From the NCBI GenBank assembly GCA_043747615.1, contig JAYTOU010000046.1, positions 32,001 through 96,000 of the forward strand: DNA of 64,000 nucleotides, in the 5' to 3' direction. Of the stretch, positions 20,274-29,600 are shown in pieces. The stretch is from Myxococcales bacterium (GTDB lineage Bacteria; Myxococcota_A; Polyangia; Polyangiales; Polyangiaceae). A program made the translations under genes and the position numbers. Below the pieces are notes generated by a model. That model searched no databases, had not been told where the DNA came from, and saw only the letters and a program-made list of their open reading frames with translations. Each line of letters begins with the position of its first letter. Within the stretch, counting starts at the first letter, position 1.

Positions 20274-21263
20274 GTGCTGAGCAAGCGTCAGCAGTGCGGA
20301 TGTCAGGTGGCGGCCCTCGGCGTCGTTCTCGGCCTCGTCTCGACCGCGGGTGCCGACGGGCGCGATCCGGCGGCGGCCGAAGCTCTTTTTCTGGACGGTC
20401 GGCAGGACGTCCAGCGCTCCGACTACGCCGCCGCGTGCCCAAAGTTTGCGGAGAGCGAGCGCCTCGACCCCGCCGCCGGAACGCTGATCAACCTGAGCGA
20501 CTGCGAAGAGCACCTCGGTCTTTTGGCCAGCGCGTGGGAGCATTGGCGGGCGGCGATCGATCAGCTCGCTCCCGAAGATCCCCGCCTCCCGGTGATCAAG
20601 GAGCGCGCGACGAGCCTCGAGAAGCGGCTCTCGCATCTCACGATCAAGCTCGTGGCCAGCGCTCCACACGACACGCGGGTCACGCGCGACGACGTGGAGA
20701 TCGGAGATGCATCGCGGGGGATCGCGCTACCCGTCAACGCCGGTGAGCACGTGATCGTCGTGGGCCTCGAAGGCCGCACCCGACGCTTCACCGTCGCGAT
20801 TTCGGAGGGAGAATCCAAGGAAATCGTGGTGGAGCCGGCGCCCGCGCCCATCCTTCTTCCGCCCGCCGTGCTTGCGCCGCCGCGTTTCAACGATCCCGAA
20901 GTCGAAGCTCCTCACTCCACGCGCGCCCTCGGCTTTGCCATCGCCGGCGTGGGCGTAGCCGGCCTCGCGGTCGGGACGGTGACTGGGGTGATGGCCATCG
21001 GGAAAAAGTCAGTAGTAGGCGCCAACTGCGACTCCTCTAAAGCGTGCAACATACACGGATACGATGCCGCCGTCACTGGACGCACCCTCTCGACCGTGAG
21101 CACGATCGCCGTCGTCGCTGGGCTCGTCGGCGTTGCCGCCGGCGCGTTTTTAGTCGTCTCGAGCCCGCGCGCGAAGACGTCCGCAAGCGCTCGCGCGGCT
21201 TCTTCATTGACTCCGTCTTTTCACCTCAGCGGGGCGAGCCTCTACTTCACGAGGACGTTCTGA
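20274..21263 (+). CDS. Secreted TPR/PEGA-like protein
   Basis: GTG 2 nt after the kinase stop; signal peptide, AEALFLDGR..YAAACPKFAESERLDP..GTLINLSDCEE TPR block, PEGA-like beta region, two Gly-rich hydrophobic segments, ends YFTRTF. Confidence 0.82.
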   Translation: MLSKRQQCGCQVAALGVVLGLVSTAGADGRDPAAAEALFLDGRQDVQRSDYAAACPKFAESERLDPAAGTLINLSDCEEHLGLLASAWEHWRAAIDQLAPEDPRLPVIKERATSLEKRLSHLTIKLVASAPHDTRVTRDDVEIGDASRGIALPVNAGEHVIVVGLEGRTRRFTVAISEGESKEIVVEPAPAPILLPPAVLAPPRFNDPEVEAPHSTRALGFAIAGVGVAGLAVGTVTGVMAIGKKSVVGANCDSSKACNIHGYDAAVTGRTLSTVSTIAVVAGLVGVAAGAFLVVSSPRAKTSASARAASSLTPSFHLSGASLYFTRTF

Positions 21264-21268
21264 CGCTC

Positions 21269-22363
21269 TTGCGCAGGCCGCGAGTCTTCGCCGCCATTCC
21301 GCTCGCGCTCGCTGCGCTCTTCGGGTGCCAGAGCATCATCGGCGCCGATTTCTCCGGTCATCACCTCGAGGTGTGTAACCCCGCAACATTTCCGCCTCCG
21401 CCGAAGATCACCGGCGCGGGCAGTGGCGCAGACATCGTCCTCGTCACCTCGAAGATCGATCTCGGTGAGTACGACCGGCCCGATGGTGCCCCCGGCTACG
21501 CGACGATCGGCTACTCGCTCGACGGCGTATGCAACCGCGACCAGGCCTGCGCCGCCGCCGCGTGGACGGGCGCACATCTCATCAGAGGACTCGACGGGCG
21601 CGACAACGGGCTCGGCGAGCTGATGCACGGGCAGCTCGAGTTCTTTCATCAGGTCGTCTTCAGCACCGACATGCTCAACTTGAACCTGAAGAACGGCACT
21701 CACGCGCCACTCTTCATTTTTAAAGTCGCCGACTACAGCGGCTTCTCCGACGACGACGAAGTCGAAGTCACGCTCTACGTCGCGAGCCCGCAAGCGGAAG
21801 ACGGAAAGAACTTCGTTCCTCGCTGGGACGGCACCGACCAGTGGCCGATCGCCCCTCTTCCTGGCGCCGTGGCAGATGCGGGTCCGCTCGTGCCGGCGTC
21901 GTACGTTGACAAAAATGCCTACGTCTCCAACTACACTCTCACTGCGCGGTTTCCGCCGGGCGCGACCATCCATTTTTCGAACGTCGCCTTCATGACGAAC
22001 GAGCTCGTGGCCACGGGGCAGATCAATCCGATGACCAAGACCATGAGCCACGGGGTCCTCTCCGGGCGCATGGGGATCGCGGAAATGTTCCGCCACGTGC
22101 CGGAGGTGACGCAGCTTCTTCTCAGTCAGACGCTCTGCATCGACAATCCGAACTACGCTCGCATCAAAACCTATTTTTGCTCCTTCGCCGACGTGCGCGC
22201 GGACGCCAAAGCGACGGGCGGCGACTGCGACGGTCTCTCCCTCGGCGTGGGCTTCGATGCCGCGCCTGCCAACCTCGGTAAGGTCGTGATTCCCACTCCT
22301 GTGCCGGGCTGCCCTCCGGCGACGACCACGAACAACGACACTTGCCAGAGGCCGCCCCTGTGA
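21269..22363 (+). CDS. Cys-containing lipoprotein, unknown function
   Basis: TTG 21269 (or CTG 21260); lipobox LFGC; GLDGRDNG motif; paired cysteines. Confidence 0.75.
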   Translation: MRRPRVFAAIPLALAALFGCQSIIGADFSGHHLEVCNPATFPPPPKITGAGSGADIVLVTSKIDLGEYDRPDGAPGYATIGYSLDGVCNRDQACAAAAWTGAHLIRGLDGRDNGLGELMHGQLEFFHQVVFSTDMLNLNLKNGTHAPLFIFKVADYSGFSDDDEVEVTLYVASPQAEDGKNFVPRWDGTDQWPIAPLPGAVADAGPLVPASYVDKNAYVSNYTLTARFPPGATIHFSNVAFMTNELVATGQINPMTKTMSHGVLSGRMGIAEMFRHVPEVTQLLLSQTLCIDNPNYARIKTYFCSFADVRADAKATGGDCDGLSLGVGFDAAPANLGKVVIPTPVPGCPPATTTNNDTCQRPPL

Positions 22364-22749
22364 AAACGTTTTTCGTCGTCGTCACCTTCGCTGCCGTGAT
22401 CGCTGGGTGCAGCACATCGAGCACCAGCCCGGCCGATGCCTCGGTAGACACCCACACGCGTGATCCCAACGCGAACTGCATCAAGCCGGGCACGCCCAAC
22501 AACGAGCTCGGCGTCGGCGGTTACTGCGAGACCGTCGCCCAGTGCCCTGCGGTCGACGGCGGCATCCGATTTTGCTCGGGTCAGTTCGGCGCTCCGGAGA
22601 CGGCTTGGTTCTGCACACGTCCCTGCTCGACAGACTCCGACTGCGGGAGCGACGAATACTGCGCGACCGATCCCCGCGGCGTCGCGTGCGTGCCGCGCAT
22701 CTGTGGGCCGACAGACGCGGGCTCCACCGCCGACGCACGCTCCGACTGA
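22360..22749 (+). CDS. Small Cys-rich lipoprotein
   Basis: GTGA overlap with the upstream stop; lipobox IAGC; FCTRPCSTDSDCGSDEYC...CVPRIC. Confidence 0.75.
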   Translation: MKTFFVVVTFAAVIAGCSTSSTSPADASVDTHTRDPNANCIKPGTPNNELGVGGYCETVAQCPAVDGGIRFCSGQFGAPETAWFCTRPCSTDSDCGSDEYCATDPRGVACVPRICGPTDAGSTADARSD

Positions 22750-22778
22750 GCGACAGGAGAGCGCGCAGATCGAGGCTT

Positions 22779-24674
22779 TTACGGAGGCGATTCCTGCATC
22801 CTCGGCTCCACTGTCGGGGGGGCGGTGGACTCCAGGACCTCCGCGCGTTCGTGTGCAAACTGCATACGATAGAGGCGCGCGTAGACTCCGGCGAGCGCCA
22901 AGAGCTCCTCGTGAGAGCCTTGCTCCACCACCCGGCCCTTGTGAAAGACCACGATGCGATCGACGGCCTTGATCGTCGATAGGCGGTGGGCGATGACGAT
23001 CGCCGTGCGCCCCGCCATCACACCATCGAGCGCCACTTGGAGGCGCGCTTCGGTGTCGGAGTCCACGCTGGCCGTAGCTTCGTCGAGGATGAGAATCGGC
23101 GAATCGCGATAGACCGCGCGCGCAAAGGCCAGGAGCTGCCTTTCACCCGCGCTGAAGTTGGCCCCGCGCTCGTCCACCTTCGCATCGAGGCCGCCCTCGC
23201 GATGGATGAAAAGCTCTAGGGCCCCGATCCGGGTCAGAGCGGCCTCGGCCTTCTTGCGATCGGGCGAAGGATCGCTCATCGCCACGTTGGAGAGGACGGT
23301 TCCCGCAAAGAGGAAGACGTCTTGAGGAACGACGGAGAATTTTTCGCGCAGCGCGCTCCTGTCCCCCGCGCGCACGTCCTCGCCGAGCACGCGCACGTAA
23401 CCGCTATTGACCTCGTAGAGACGCAAGACAAGGCTCGCGACCGTGGTCTTTCCGGCGCCTGTGGCTCCCACCAGTGCGACGCGTTCCCCTCTTCGTGCCA
23501 CGAGTGAAACGTCTTTCAACACCGGCACGCCGGGCTTGTACTCGAAGCTCACGTTGACGAGAGCAATCGCTTCGTCGGCCGGCCCTGCGGGAGCACATTG
23601 CGCGGCGTCGCGCGCAGGCTCATCGACCTCTTTCACGTCGAGGAGCTGAAAAATACGCTCCGCGCCGGCCATCGCCGACTGGAGGAGCGTGTAGCGCTGC
23701 GAGAGCATGCTCACCGGTTCGAAGAATTTCTTGATGTACTGGGTGAAGGTGACCACCAGCGGAAAAGACACCGCGTGCGAGCCCACCCGATGAAAGCCCG
23801 ACCACCAAAGGACGCTCGCGATGCACAGCGTTCCGACCATCTCGATGGCTGCATCGAGAATCGCGTCGTAGTAGATCGAGCGCTTGTTGGCATCGAGGTA
23901 CTCGAGGTTGATCTCGTCGAACTCCTGCGCGGTCTTCACTTCGCGCCCGTAGGCTTGAACGACGGCGATGCCGTTCACCTGCTCGTTCAGGAACGAGTTG
24001 AGCCGCGCGGTCTTGGTGCGGATGTCGCGAAACGCGGCGCGCGAGCGCTTCCGAACCCAGTGGACGATGCCCCCAACGACCGGCAGAGCGGCAAACGCAA
24101 TGCACGACAGCTTCCAGTCGAGGGCGACCATCATGATCACGATGCCCACCAACGAGAAAAAATCTCCGATGGCGTTGAGGACGCCGGACGCGAACATTTC
24201 GCCGACGGCGTCGACGTCGTTCGTGCCCCGAGTGACGAGGCGGCCTACCGGCGTGCGATCGAAATACCGCAGCTGAAGGCTCTGGAGAAAAACGAAAATG
24301 TGGGCGCGGAGATCGGCCATGGCGCGCGCGCCGGTGACCTGCATCGTGTAGACCTGCGCGAAGTTGAGGGACTGCGACACGAGGAGGATGAGGGCGAGCC
24401 CGACTCCATCACGAAGGAGGGCCGCGCGGTCGTGAAGCGAGGCCTGCCGCACCACGTCGCCCATCAAGAGCGGCTGAACGAGATTGAGCGCGGTGAGCCC
24501 CACGAGAGCCACGAGCGACAAGAAAAGAAACCTCACATGCGGCTTCACGAAGGGCCATAGGCGCTGGATGAGCCGAGCGTCGTAGGCCTTTCCGATGGCG
24601 TCTTCCTCATGGAAGGCCCGGAGCTTTTCCTCGGCGCGCGTCTTCGCCTTCACGGGCTGCGCACTGGTGGTCAT
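22779..24674 (-). CDS. ABC exporter subunit (TMD + NBD, MdlB-like)
   Basis: TM domain; Walker A GATGAGKT, signature FSAGERQ, Walker B ILILDEATA, AHRL. Confidence 0.95.
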   Translation of the reverse strand: MTTSAQPVKAKTRAEEKLRAFHEEDAIGKAYDARLIQRLWPFVKPHVRFLFLSLVALVGLTALNLVQPLLMGDVVRQASLHDRAALLRDGVGLALILLVSQSLNFAQVYTMQVTGARAMADLRAHIFVFLQSLQLRYFDRTPVGRLVTRGTNDVDAVGEMFASGVLNAIGDFFSLVGIVIMMVALDWKLSCIAFAALPVVGGIVHWVRKRSRAAFRDIRTKTARLNSFLNEQVNGIAVVQAYGREVKTAQEFDEINLEYLDANKRSIYYDAILDAAIEMVGTLCIASVLWWSGFHRVGSHAVSFPLVVTFTQYIKKFFEPVSMLSQRYTLLQSAMAGAERIFQLLDVKEVDEPARDAAQCAPAGPADEAIALVNVSFEYKPGVPVLKDVSLVARRGERVALVGATGAGKTTVASLVLRLYEVNSGYVRVLGEDVRAGDRSALREKFSVVPQDVFLFAGTVLSNVAMSDPSPDRKKAEAALTRIGALELFIHREGGLDAKVDERGANFSAGERQLLAFARAVYRDSPILILDEATASVDSDTEARLQVALDGVMAGRTAIVIAHRLSTIKAVDRIVVFHKGRVVEQGSHEELLALAGVYARLYRMQFAHERAEVLESTAPPTVEPRMQESPP

Positions 24675-26491
24675 GCGATCCCCACGGGGAGTGGGCCCGA
24701 GGGCAACGGAACGTGATCGACGTCGAACTCTTCGAGCTCACGGGCCATACGTTGCTCTTCGGCGAACGCCGCGTAGAGGCCGCCCTTGGCGAGGAGCTCG
24801 TCGTGCGTGCCACGCTCCACGACCTTGCCCTGGTCGAGCACGATGATCGAATCGCAGCGGGCTGCGGCTGCGATCCGGTGGGTGATGAGGACCACGGTGC
24901 GCTTCTCGGCCTGACGCTCGATCGACTTCAAGATCAAGGCTTCGGTCTTCGCGTCGACGGCGCTGAGCGGGTCGTCGAGCATGAGGATCTTCGGCTCCCA
25001 AGCAAGGGCTCTGGCAAGTGCGATGCGCTGTTTCTGGCCGCCGGACAGCTGGACCCCACGCTCGCCGACGACCGTGTCGAACTGCTCGGGGAGCTCGAGG
25101 GCCTCATCGAGCATCTGGGCCTCGCCCGCGGCGTCGCGAATCTTCGTCATCGCCTCGGGCGAGTCGGGGTCCATGAGAGCAAAGCCGATGTTGCGCGAGA
25201 CGGTCGTGGAGAAGAGGAATGCGTCCTGCTGGGCGTAGCCGATCGCGGTGCGCACGGCGGCGAGCGGGATGTCGCAGACGTCGTGACCGTCGATCCGAAC
25301 GGCGCCCGGCGGGGTCGGGAGGAGGCGCGCGAGGAGCATGGCGAGCGTGGATTTGCCCGACCCGGTGCGTCCTACGATGGCCAGAGATGCGCCCGCTGGC
25401 ACCTCGAAGCTCACGCCGTCGAGCACCGTGCGCGCACCGTACTTGAAAGAAAGATCGGACACCGCGAGGGCGCCTTCCATGTCTTTCGGCGCGGGGAGCG
25501 GACCGTCGGCCACCTCGGGAACGGCGTCGAAGATTTCTTGAAGGCGACTGAAGCCCGCACGACCTCGCTGAATGATGGAAAGCGAAAATCCGAGAGCGAT
25601 CATCGGCCAGGTCATTCGCCCGAGTGCGAGAGAGAAGGCGAAGAAATCTCCTTGGGAGATGCCGCCGTTCTCTGGTCCCTTCAAGAGGAGCGTGCCTCCA
25701 AACCAGAAGAAGACGAGGATCCCCGCCGCGCTCGTGGCGCCCATCACCGGCCCCATCGACCCGCGAAGACGCGCAAGCCCGAGGCTGGCATCGAGGTACG
25801 CGTTGTTCGCGGTCTGGAATCGCAGCAGCTCGCGGCCCTCGAGCGCAAAGCTCCGCACCACGCGCACCCCGGCCAGATTCGTCTGCAGCGATTCGCTCAG
25901 TTTTCCGAGGGTCTCCTGATTTGCGCGGGTCCGCGTGAAGAGCCCCTTCGAGAAGCTGCGCGTCACCACCACGAGGAGCGGGAGCATCACGAAGACTGCG
26001 AGCGTGAGACGCGCCGAGATGGTCGCCATGACCTGAAGGGCGCTCGCAAATCCGAGGACGACGTTCACGATGTTGAGCACGCCGAAGCCGAAGAGCAGAC
26101 GCACTTGAATGAGATCGCCGGTGGAGCGGCTCATGATTTCGCCGGAGGACATCTTCCGATAGAACGCCGCGCCGAGGCGGTGCAGGCGGTCGAGGAGGAC
26201 CGCGCGCATCTCGTATTCGACGTCGCGGCCGGCGTTGAAGATGAACCAGCGGCTCGCCACGCGCGTGAAGAACGCCACGATCGCCAGCCCGAATATGAAC
26301 ATCGCCGGACGAAAAGCGGCCTCCGGATCCGGGCCAAAGATGAGGTCGATCGCCGATTTCGAGAGCCAGTCGATCCGATTCATCGCCAGCTGGAAGACGG
26401 CGAGCACGAGCCAGCCCGCAGCGTAGACGGGGAGGTGGCGGCGAAAGGACCCTCCGAGGGTCGTGGGTAACTCTTGGACTTTGACGGGCAC
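24671..26491 (-). CDS. ABC exporter subunit (TMD + NBD, MdlA-like)
   Basis: GRTGSGKS, LSGGQKQR, degenerate Walker B LMLDD; ATGA overlap with its partner suggests a heterodimer; GTG 26491 with GAGGA SD. Confidence 0.95.
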   Translation of the reverse strand: MPVKVQELPTTLGGSFRRHLPVYAAGWLVLAVFQLAMNRIDWLSKSAIDLIFGPDPEAAFRPAMFIFGLAIVAFFTRVASRWFIFNAGRDVEYEMRAVLLDRLHRLGAAFYRKMSSGEIMSRSTGDLIQVRLLFGFGVLNIVNVVLGFASALQVMATISARLTLAVFVMLPLLVVVTRSFSKGLFTRTRANQETLGKLSESLQTNLAGVRVVRSFALEGRELLRFQTANNAYLDASLGLARLRGSMGPVMGATSAAGILVFFWFGGTLLLKGPENGGISQGDFFAFSLALGRMTWPMIALGFSLSIIQRGRAGFSRLQEIFDAVPEVADGPLPAPKDMEGALAVSDLSFKYGARTVLDGVSFEVPAGASLAIVGRTGSGKSTLAMLLARLLPTPPGAVRIDGHDVCDIPLAAVRTAIGYAQQDAFLFSTTVSRNIGFALMDPDSPEAMTKIRDAAGEAQMLDEALELPEQFDTVVGERGVQLSGGQKQRIALARALAWEPKILMLDDPLSAVDAKTEALILKSIERQAEKRTVVLITHRIAAAARCDSIIVLDQGKVVERGTHDELLAKGGLYAAFAEEQRMARELEEFDVDHVPLPSGPLPVGIA

Positions 26492-26498
26492 GCGTTCC

Positions 26499-27545
26499 TC
26501 AGCGAGCCGGAAGGGGCTTGCGATGCGAGCTGGAAAGCGAAGGACGCTTACGATCCTCCGCGCTCGCAATGAGATTGGTCACTTCGAGACGAGCCGCTAG
26601 AAGACCGAGCATCACGCGCGCGCCGCCCTTGCCATCGAGCTCCTGCACTACGCCCTCTTTGCCCATGAAGGGCCCGGCGAGCACTGTCACGTGTGTCCCC
26701 TTTTCGACGGGGAGCTTCGCGTCTACGCCCTGGACGATCGGTCTTCGGAGGGGGAGGCGACGCGAGGGAAATGTGGGCTCCCTGACGATGAGCGGAGTCG
26801 GGATCTCTTGCTCACTCGGCGGAGGCTCGGGCGTCCCCACCGAGCTGGCCCCCGCGCGCGCACGCCGTTCCTTCAGCTTCGTCGCTCGGCCTTCGTTGTG
26901 CTGAGCGCGCGCCGGCTGCGCGGCGTCGTAGGCCATCAGCTTGAATAGCGGGCCGAGCGCGACGAGCGCGTCTGCGAGTTGCTCGTTCAGGAGCCCAGCG
27001 TGCTCGAGCGCCAGATCGCGCGGGAGCGACCAGCCGATCCACAGACCTCCTTGGCGTCGATCGACGAGCGCTCGAACGGCGTCGGTCTGCATCTCGTGCG
27101 CAGGCAGGCACTCCGTCGGGGCGCGCCGGGGCGACTCGTTGGCGAGTAGCCCGCAGAGAAACTGCTCGGGCAAGAGCGCGAGCGCGCTCCCCACTCCGAG
27201 CGACCTGTCTGGATCATCGAGCCGTGCGCGAAAGCTCTTCATCGCCTTGTGCGCTTCGAGTGGGAGCTCGAGGCTCACCTCGACATGTTTGGCGTCGATC
27301 GTAAGAGCGAGAAAAGCATTCGTGCCTTCGTCGTTTTGCCAGAAGAAGACGCGCTGGCACTCGACTTTGCGAACGTCGGAGCCCGTCGTCGTCACAACGA
27401 CGCCGAGCTCTTTGAGGCGCGCGACCACCGAGTCCGACCAGGCGAGCATCCGCGCTTTCAGATCGAGCCGCGCGCGTGGCCCGCCCGTCTGCCCAGGCGC
27501 CGCATGCCCGAGGCCGCCTGTGAGTTGGTCGCGTGGCGTCTTCAT
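26499..27545 (-). CDS. Hypothetical protein with C-terminal NusG-like KOW domain
   Basis: VEKGTHVTVLAGPFMGKEGVVQELDGKGGARVMLGLL matches the KOW pattern; N-terminal domain not recognised. Confidence 0.75.
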   Translation of the reverse strand: MKTPRDQLTGGLGHAAPGQTGGPRARLDLKARMLAWSDSVVARLKELGVVVTTTGSDVRKVECQRVFFWQNDEGTNAFLALTIDAKHVEVSLELPLEAHKAMKSFRARLDDPDRSLGVGSALALLPEQFLCGLLANESPRRAPTECLPAHEMQTDAVRALVDRRQGGLWIGWSLPRDLALEHAGLLNEQLADALVALGPLFKLMAYDAAQPARAQHNEGRATKLKERRARAGASSVGTPEPPPSEQEIPTPLIVREPTFPSRRLPLRRPIVQGVDAKLPVEKGTHVTVLAGPFMGKEGVVQELDGKGGARVMLGLLAARLEVTNLIASAEDRKRPSLSSSHRKPLPAR

Positions 27546-27558
27546 ACGGGGCAACACG

Positions 27559-27586
27559 TTTTTACGGAGTGGCGCGCGCTTGTCAA
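27559..27586 (-). promoter_or_regulatory. sigma70-like promoter for the KOW-protein/ABC operon
   Basis: TTGACA (27586-27581), 16-nt spacer, TAAAAA (27564-27559), 13 nt upstream of ATG 27545. Confidence 0.5.
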
Positions 27587-27681
27587 TCGCAGCTCGCCGC
27601 TTGCTTCCCTTGACGGAAAAGCCCACCGTGTCACTACGACATTTTCATCCCCCGCGTCCCTATCGACGAGGAATCACGTTC

Positions 27682-28353
27682 ATGGCCGATCAACAAATTA
27701 ACTGTTCCGACTGCGGGGACGCGTTCGTCTTCACTCAGGCAGAGCAGTCGTTCTACGCGGAAAAAGGGCTGACCACAGCGCCCAAGCGATGCAAAGCGTG
27801 CCGAGCTGCGCGCAAGACCTCCCAGGGCGATCGCGGACAAGGCGCCCGTGGATCAGGAGACCGTGGCGGAAGCCGCTTCTCCCCTTCCAGTCCCAGCCCG
27901 CGCGGTGGTGGCGAAGGAGGCTGGCGGCCTCGCTCCCCAGCCGGCGCGCCTACTGGTGGAGGCGGTAGCCCTGGAGGCTGGGATCGCCCGCGCGGACGAG
28001 TCGCCCCTCGCGCAGACGCCCCGCGGCCCCGCGTCGAAGAGGTCCAGTCTCGCGCGCCACGTGACGGCGCTCCCCCGCGGCGTGGCAACCTCGGCAGCCA
28101 TGGAGGCGCTGACTTCCGCGCGCCAAAGGCGGCCGAGCCCGCCCGCGAAAAAACGCCGCCCCGTGAGCGCGCACCCAAGCCCAAGTTCGACATCACGTGC
28201 GCCGAATGCGGCACGACATCCCAGGTTCCGTTCAAGCCGCTCGAAGGGCGACAGGTCTTCTGCCAGCCCTGTTACCGTGCCCGCAAAGGAACCACCGAGA
28301 CGGCGGTCGCAGGGGCCGCGATTGGTGAAGCGGACAGCGGAACCGTCGAATAG
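27682..28353 (+). CDS. Zinc-ribbon protein (zf-trcl N-terminus + CxxC-x17-CxxC C-terminus)
   Basis: CSDC..FTQAEQSFYAEKG..PKRCKAC; C-terminal CAEC-x17-CQPC; R/G/P-rich linker; GAGGA SD. Confidence 0.88.
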   Translation: MADQQINCSDCGDAFVFTQAEQSFYAEKGLTTAPKRCKACRAARKTSQGDRGQGARGSGDRGGSRFSPSSPSPRGGGEGGWRPRSPAGAPTGGGGSPGGWDRPRGRVAPRADAPRPRVEEVQSRAPRDGAPPRRGNLGSHGGADFRAPKAAEPAREKTPPRERAPKPKFDITCAECGTTSQVPFKPLEGRQVFCQPCYRARKGTTETAVAGAAIGEADSGTVE

Positions 28354-28405
28354 CCGTTTTTTCTGAGCAAAAAGAAAAAAGGTTCTTCTTTCGGTCCTAG
28401 ACCAA

Positions 28406-28434
28406 TTGTTCACGCGGGGGGGAGTGACTAGACT
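28406..28434 (+). promoter_or_regulatory. sigma70-like promoter of the sigma-factor operon
   Basis: TTGTTC, 17-nt spacer, TAGACT, preceded by an AT-rich tract. Confidence 0.5.
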
Positions 28435-28436
28435 AC

Positions 28437-29600
28437 GTGCCCACTGTGGTAGCCCCGCGCAAAACCGACAAACCCGCAGTCAAAAGCGCGCGGACCAAAG
28501 GGGGCACTGCGCCCGCCGCTGGTGCAACGACGCGCGAAAAAAGGCCTTCCCCGGCGAAAAGGCCTGCAAAAGAATCCCGAAAAGCTTCGGCGGCAGGTCG
28601 CGGCTCCGAAGCTCACGAAGGCGACGACACCGCCGGTCACGAGCGCAGTGATGACGACGACGATGCCATCGACGTACAGGCCGAGGTCGTCGACACGGAT
28701 GCCTCCGACGCCGACATTCCGGCGTCCCCCCCTTCCTCGTCGATCGCGCGGTTCGATGCGATGTCCGCATACTTGCGCGAGGTCCAGCGTCATCCGCTCC
28801 TCACGCCCGAAGAGACCCACGCCCTCGCCGTGAAGTTCGTGCAGACGCAGGATCCGGACGCCGCCGCGCGGATGGTCACCGCGAACCTGCGCTTGGTCGT
28901 CAAGATCGCCTACGAATACAGGCGCGCCTACAAGAACATTATGGACCTCGTGCAGGAGGGCAACATCGGCCTGATGCAGGCGGTCAAACGCTACGATCCC
29001 TACCGGGGCGTCAAGCTGTCGTCGTACGCCGCGTGGTGGATCCGCGCGTACATCCTGCGTTTCATCTTGAACAACTGGCGTCTCGTAAAGCTCGGAACGA
29101 CGCAGGCACAGCGGAAGCTCTTCTTCAATCTGCGAAAGAAGCGAGCGGAGCTCGAAGCGCTCGGCATCGACCCGACGAACCTCGAAGTCGCCAAGCAGCT
29201 CAACGTGCCGGAGAGCGAAGTCGCCGACATGGATGCTCGCCTTTCGTCGGGCGAAAAATCGCTGGATGCTCCGGTCGGGGATTCGGAAGGCCGCTCGATC
29301 TCGAAGATCGACATGATGCCGAGCGCTCTCGAAGGCCCGGAGTCGCGCTTCGCCGACGAAGAGGTGCAGGCGCTTTTGAAACAAAAGCTCGCGTCGTTCC
29401 GCATCACGCTGGCAGGCAAAGACAAGGAGATCGCGATCTTCGACGAGCGACTCGTCTCCGAGGAGCCGCTCACGTTGCAGGAGCTCGGCGACCGCTTCGG
29501 GATCTCGCGCGAGCGTGTTCGTCAGCTCGAGCAGCGCCTCACCGGCAAGCTCCGCGAGTTCTTGATCGCAGAAATGGGCGACGCCGCCTCCGGTGCCTGA
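28437..29600 (+). CDS. rpoH: RpoH (sigma32)-family RNA polymerase sigma factor
   Basis: YLREV, ANLRLVVKIA, DLVQEGNIGLMQAVKRYDP, RpoH box QRKLFFNLR, region 4 TLQELG..ISRERVRQLE; true start may be GTG 28446. Confidence 0.92.
   Translation: MPTVVAPRKTDKPAVKSARTKGGTAPAAGATTREKRPSPAKRPAKESRKASAAGRGSEAHEGDDTAGHERSDDDDDAIDVQAEVVDTDASDADIPASPPSSSIARFDAMSAYLREVQRHPLLTPEETHALAVKFVQTQDPDAAARMVTANLRLVVKIAYEYRRAYKNIMDLVQEGNIGLMQAVKRYDPYRGVKLSSYAAWWIRAYILRFILNNWRLVKLGTTQAQRKLFFNLRKKRAELEALGIDPTNLEVAKQLNVPESEVADMDARLSSGEKSLDAPVGDSEGRSISKIDMMPSALEGPESRFADEEVQALLKQKLASFRITLAGKDKEIAIFDERLVSEEPLTLQELGDRFGISRERVRQLEQRLTGKLREFLIAEMGDAASGA

Noticed and set aside
26941..27681. Long N-terminal extension of the zinc-ribbon ORF
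   Set aside because: Overlaps the KOW gene antisense; an SD and ATG at 27682 mark the real start
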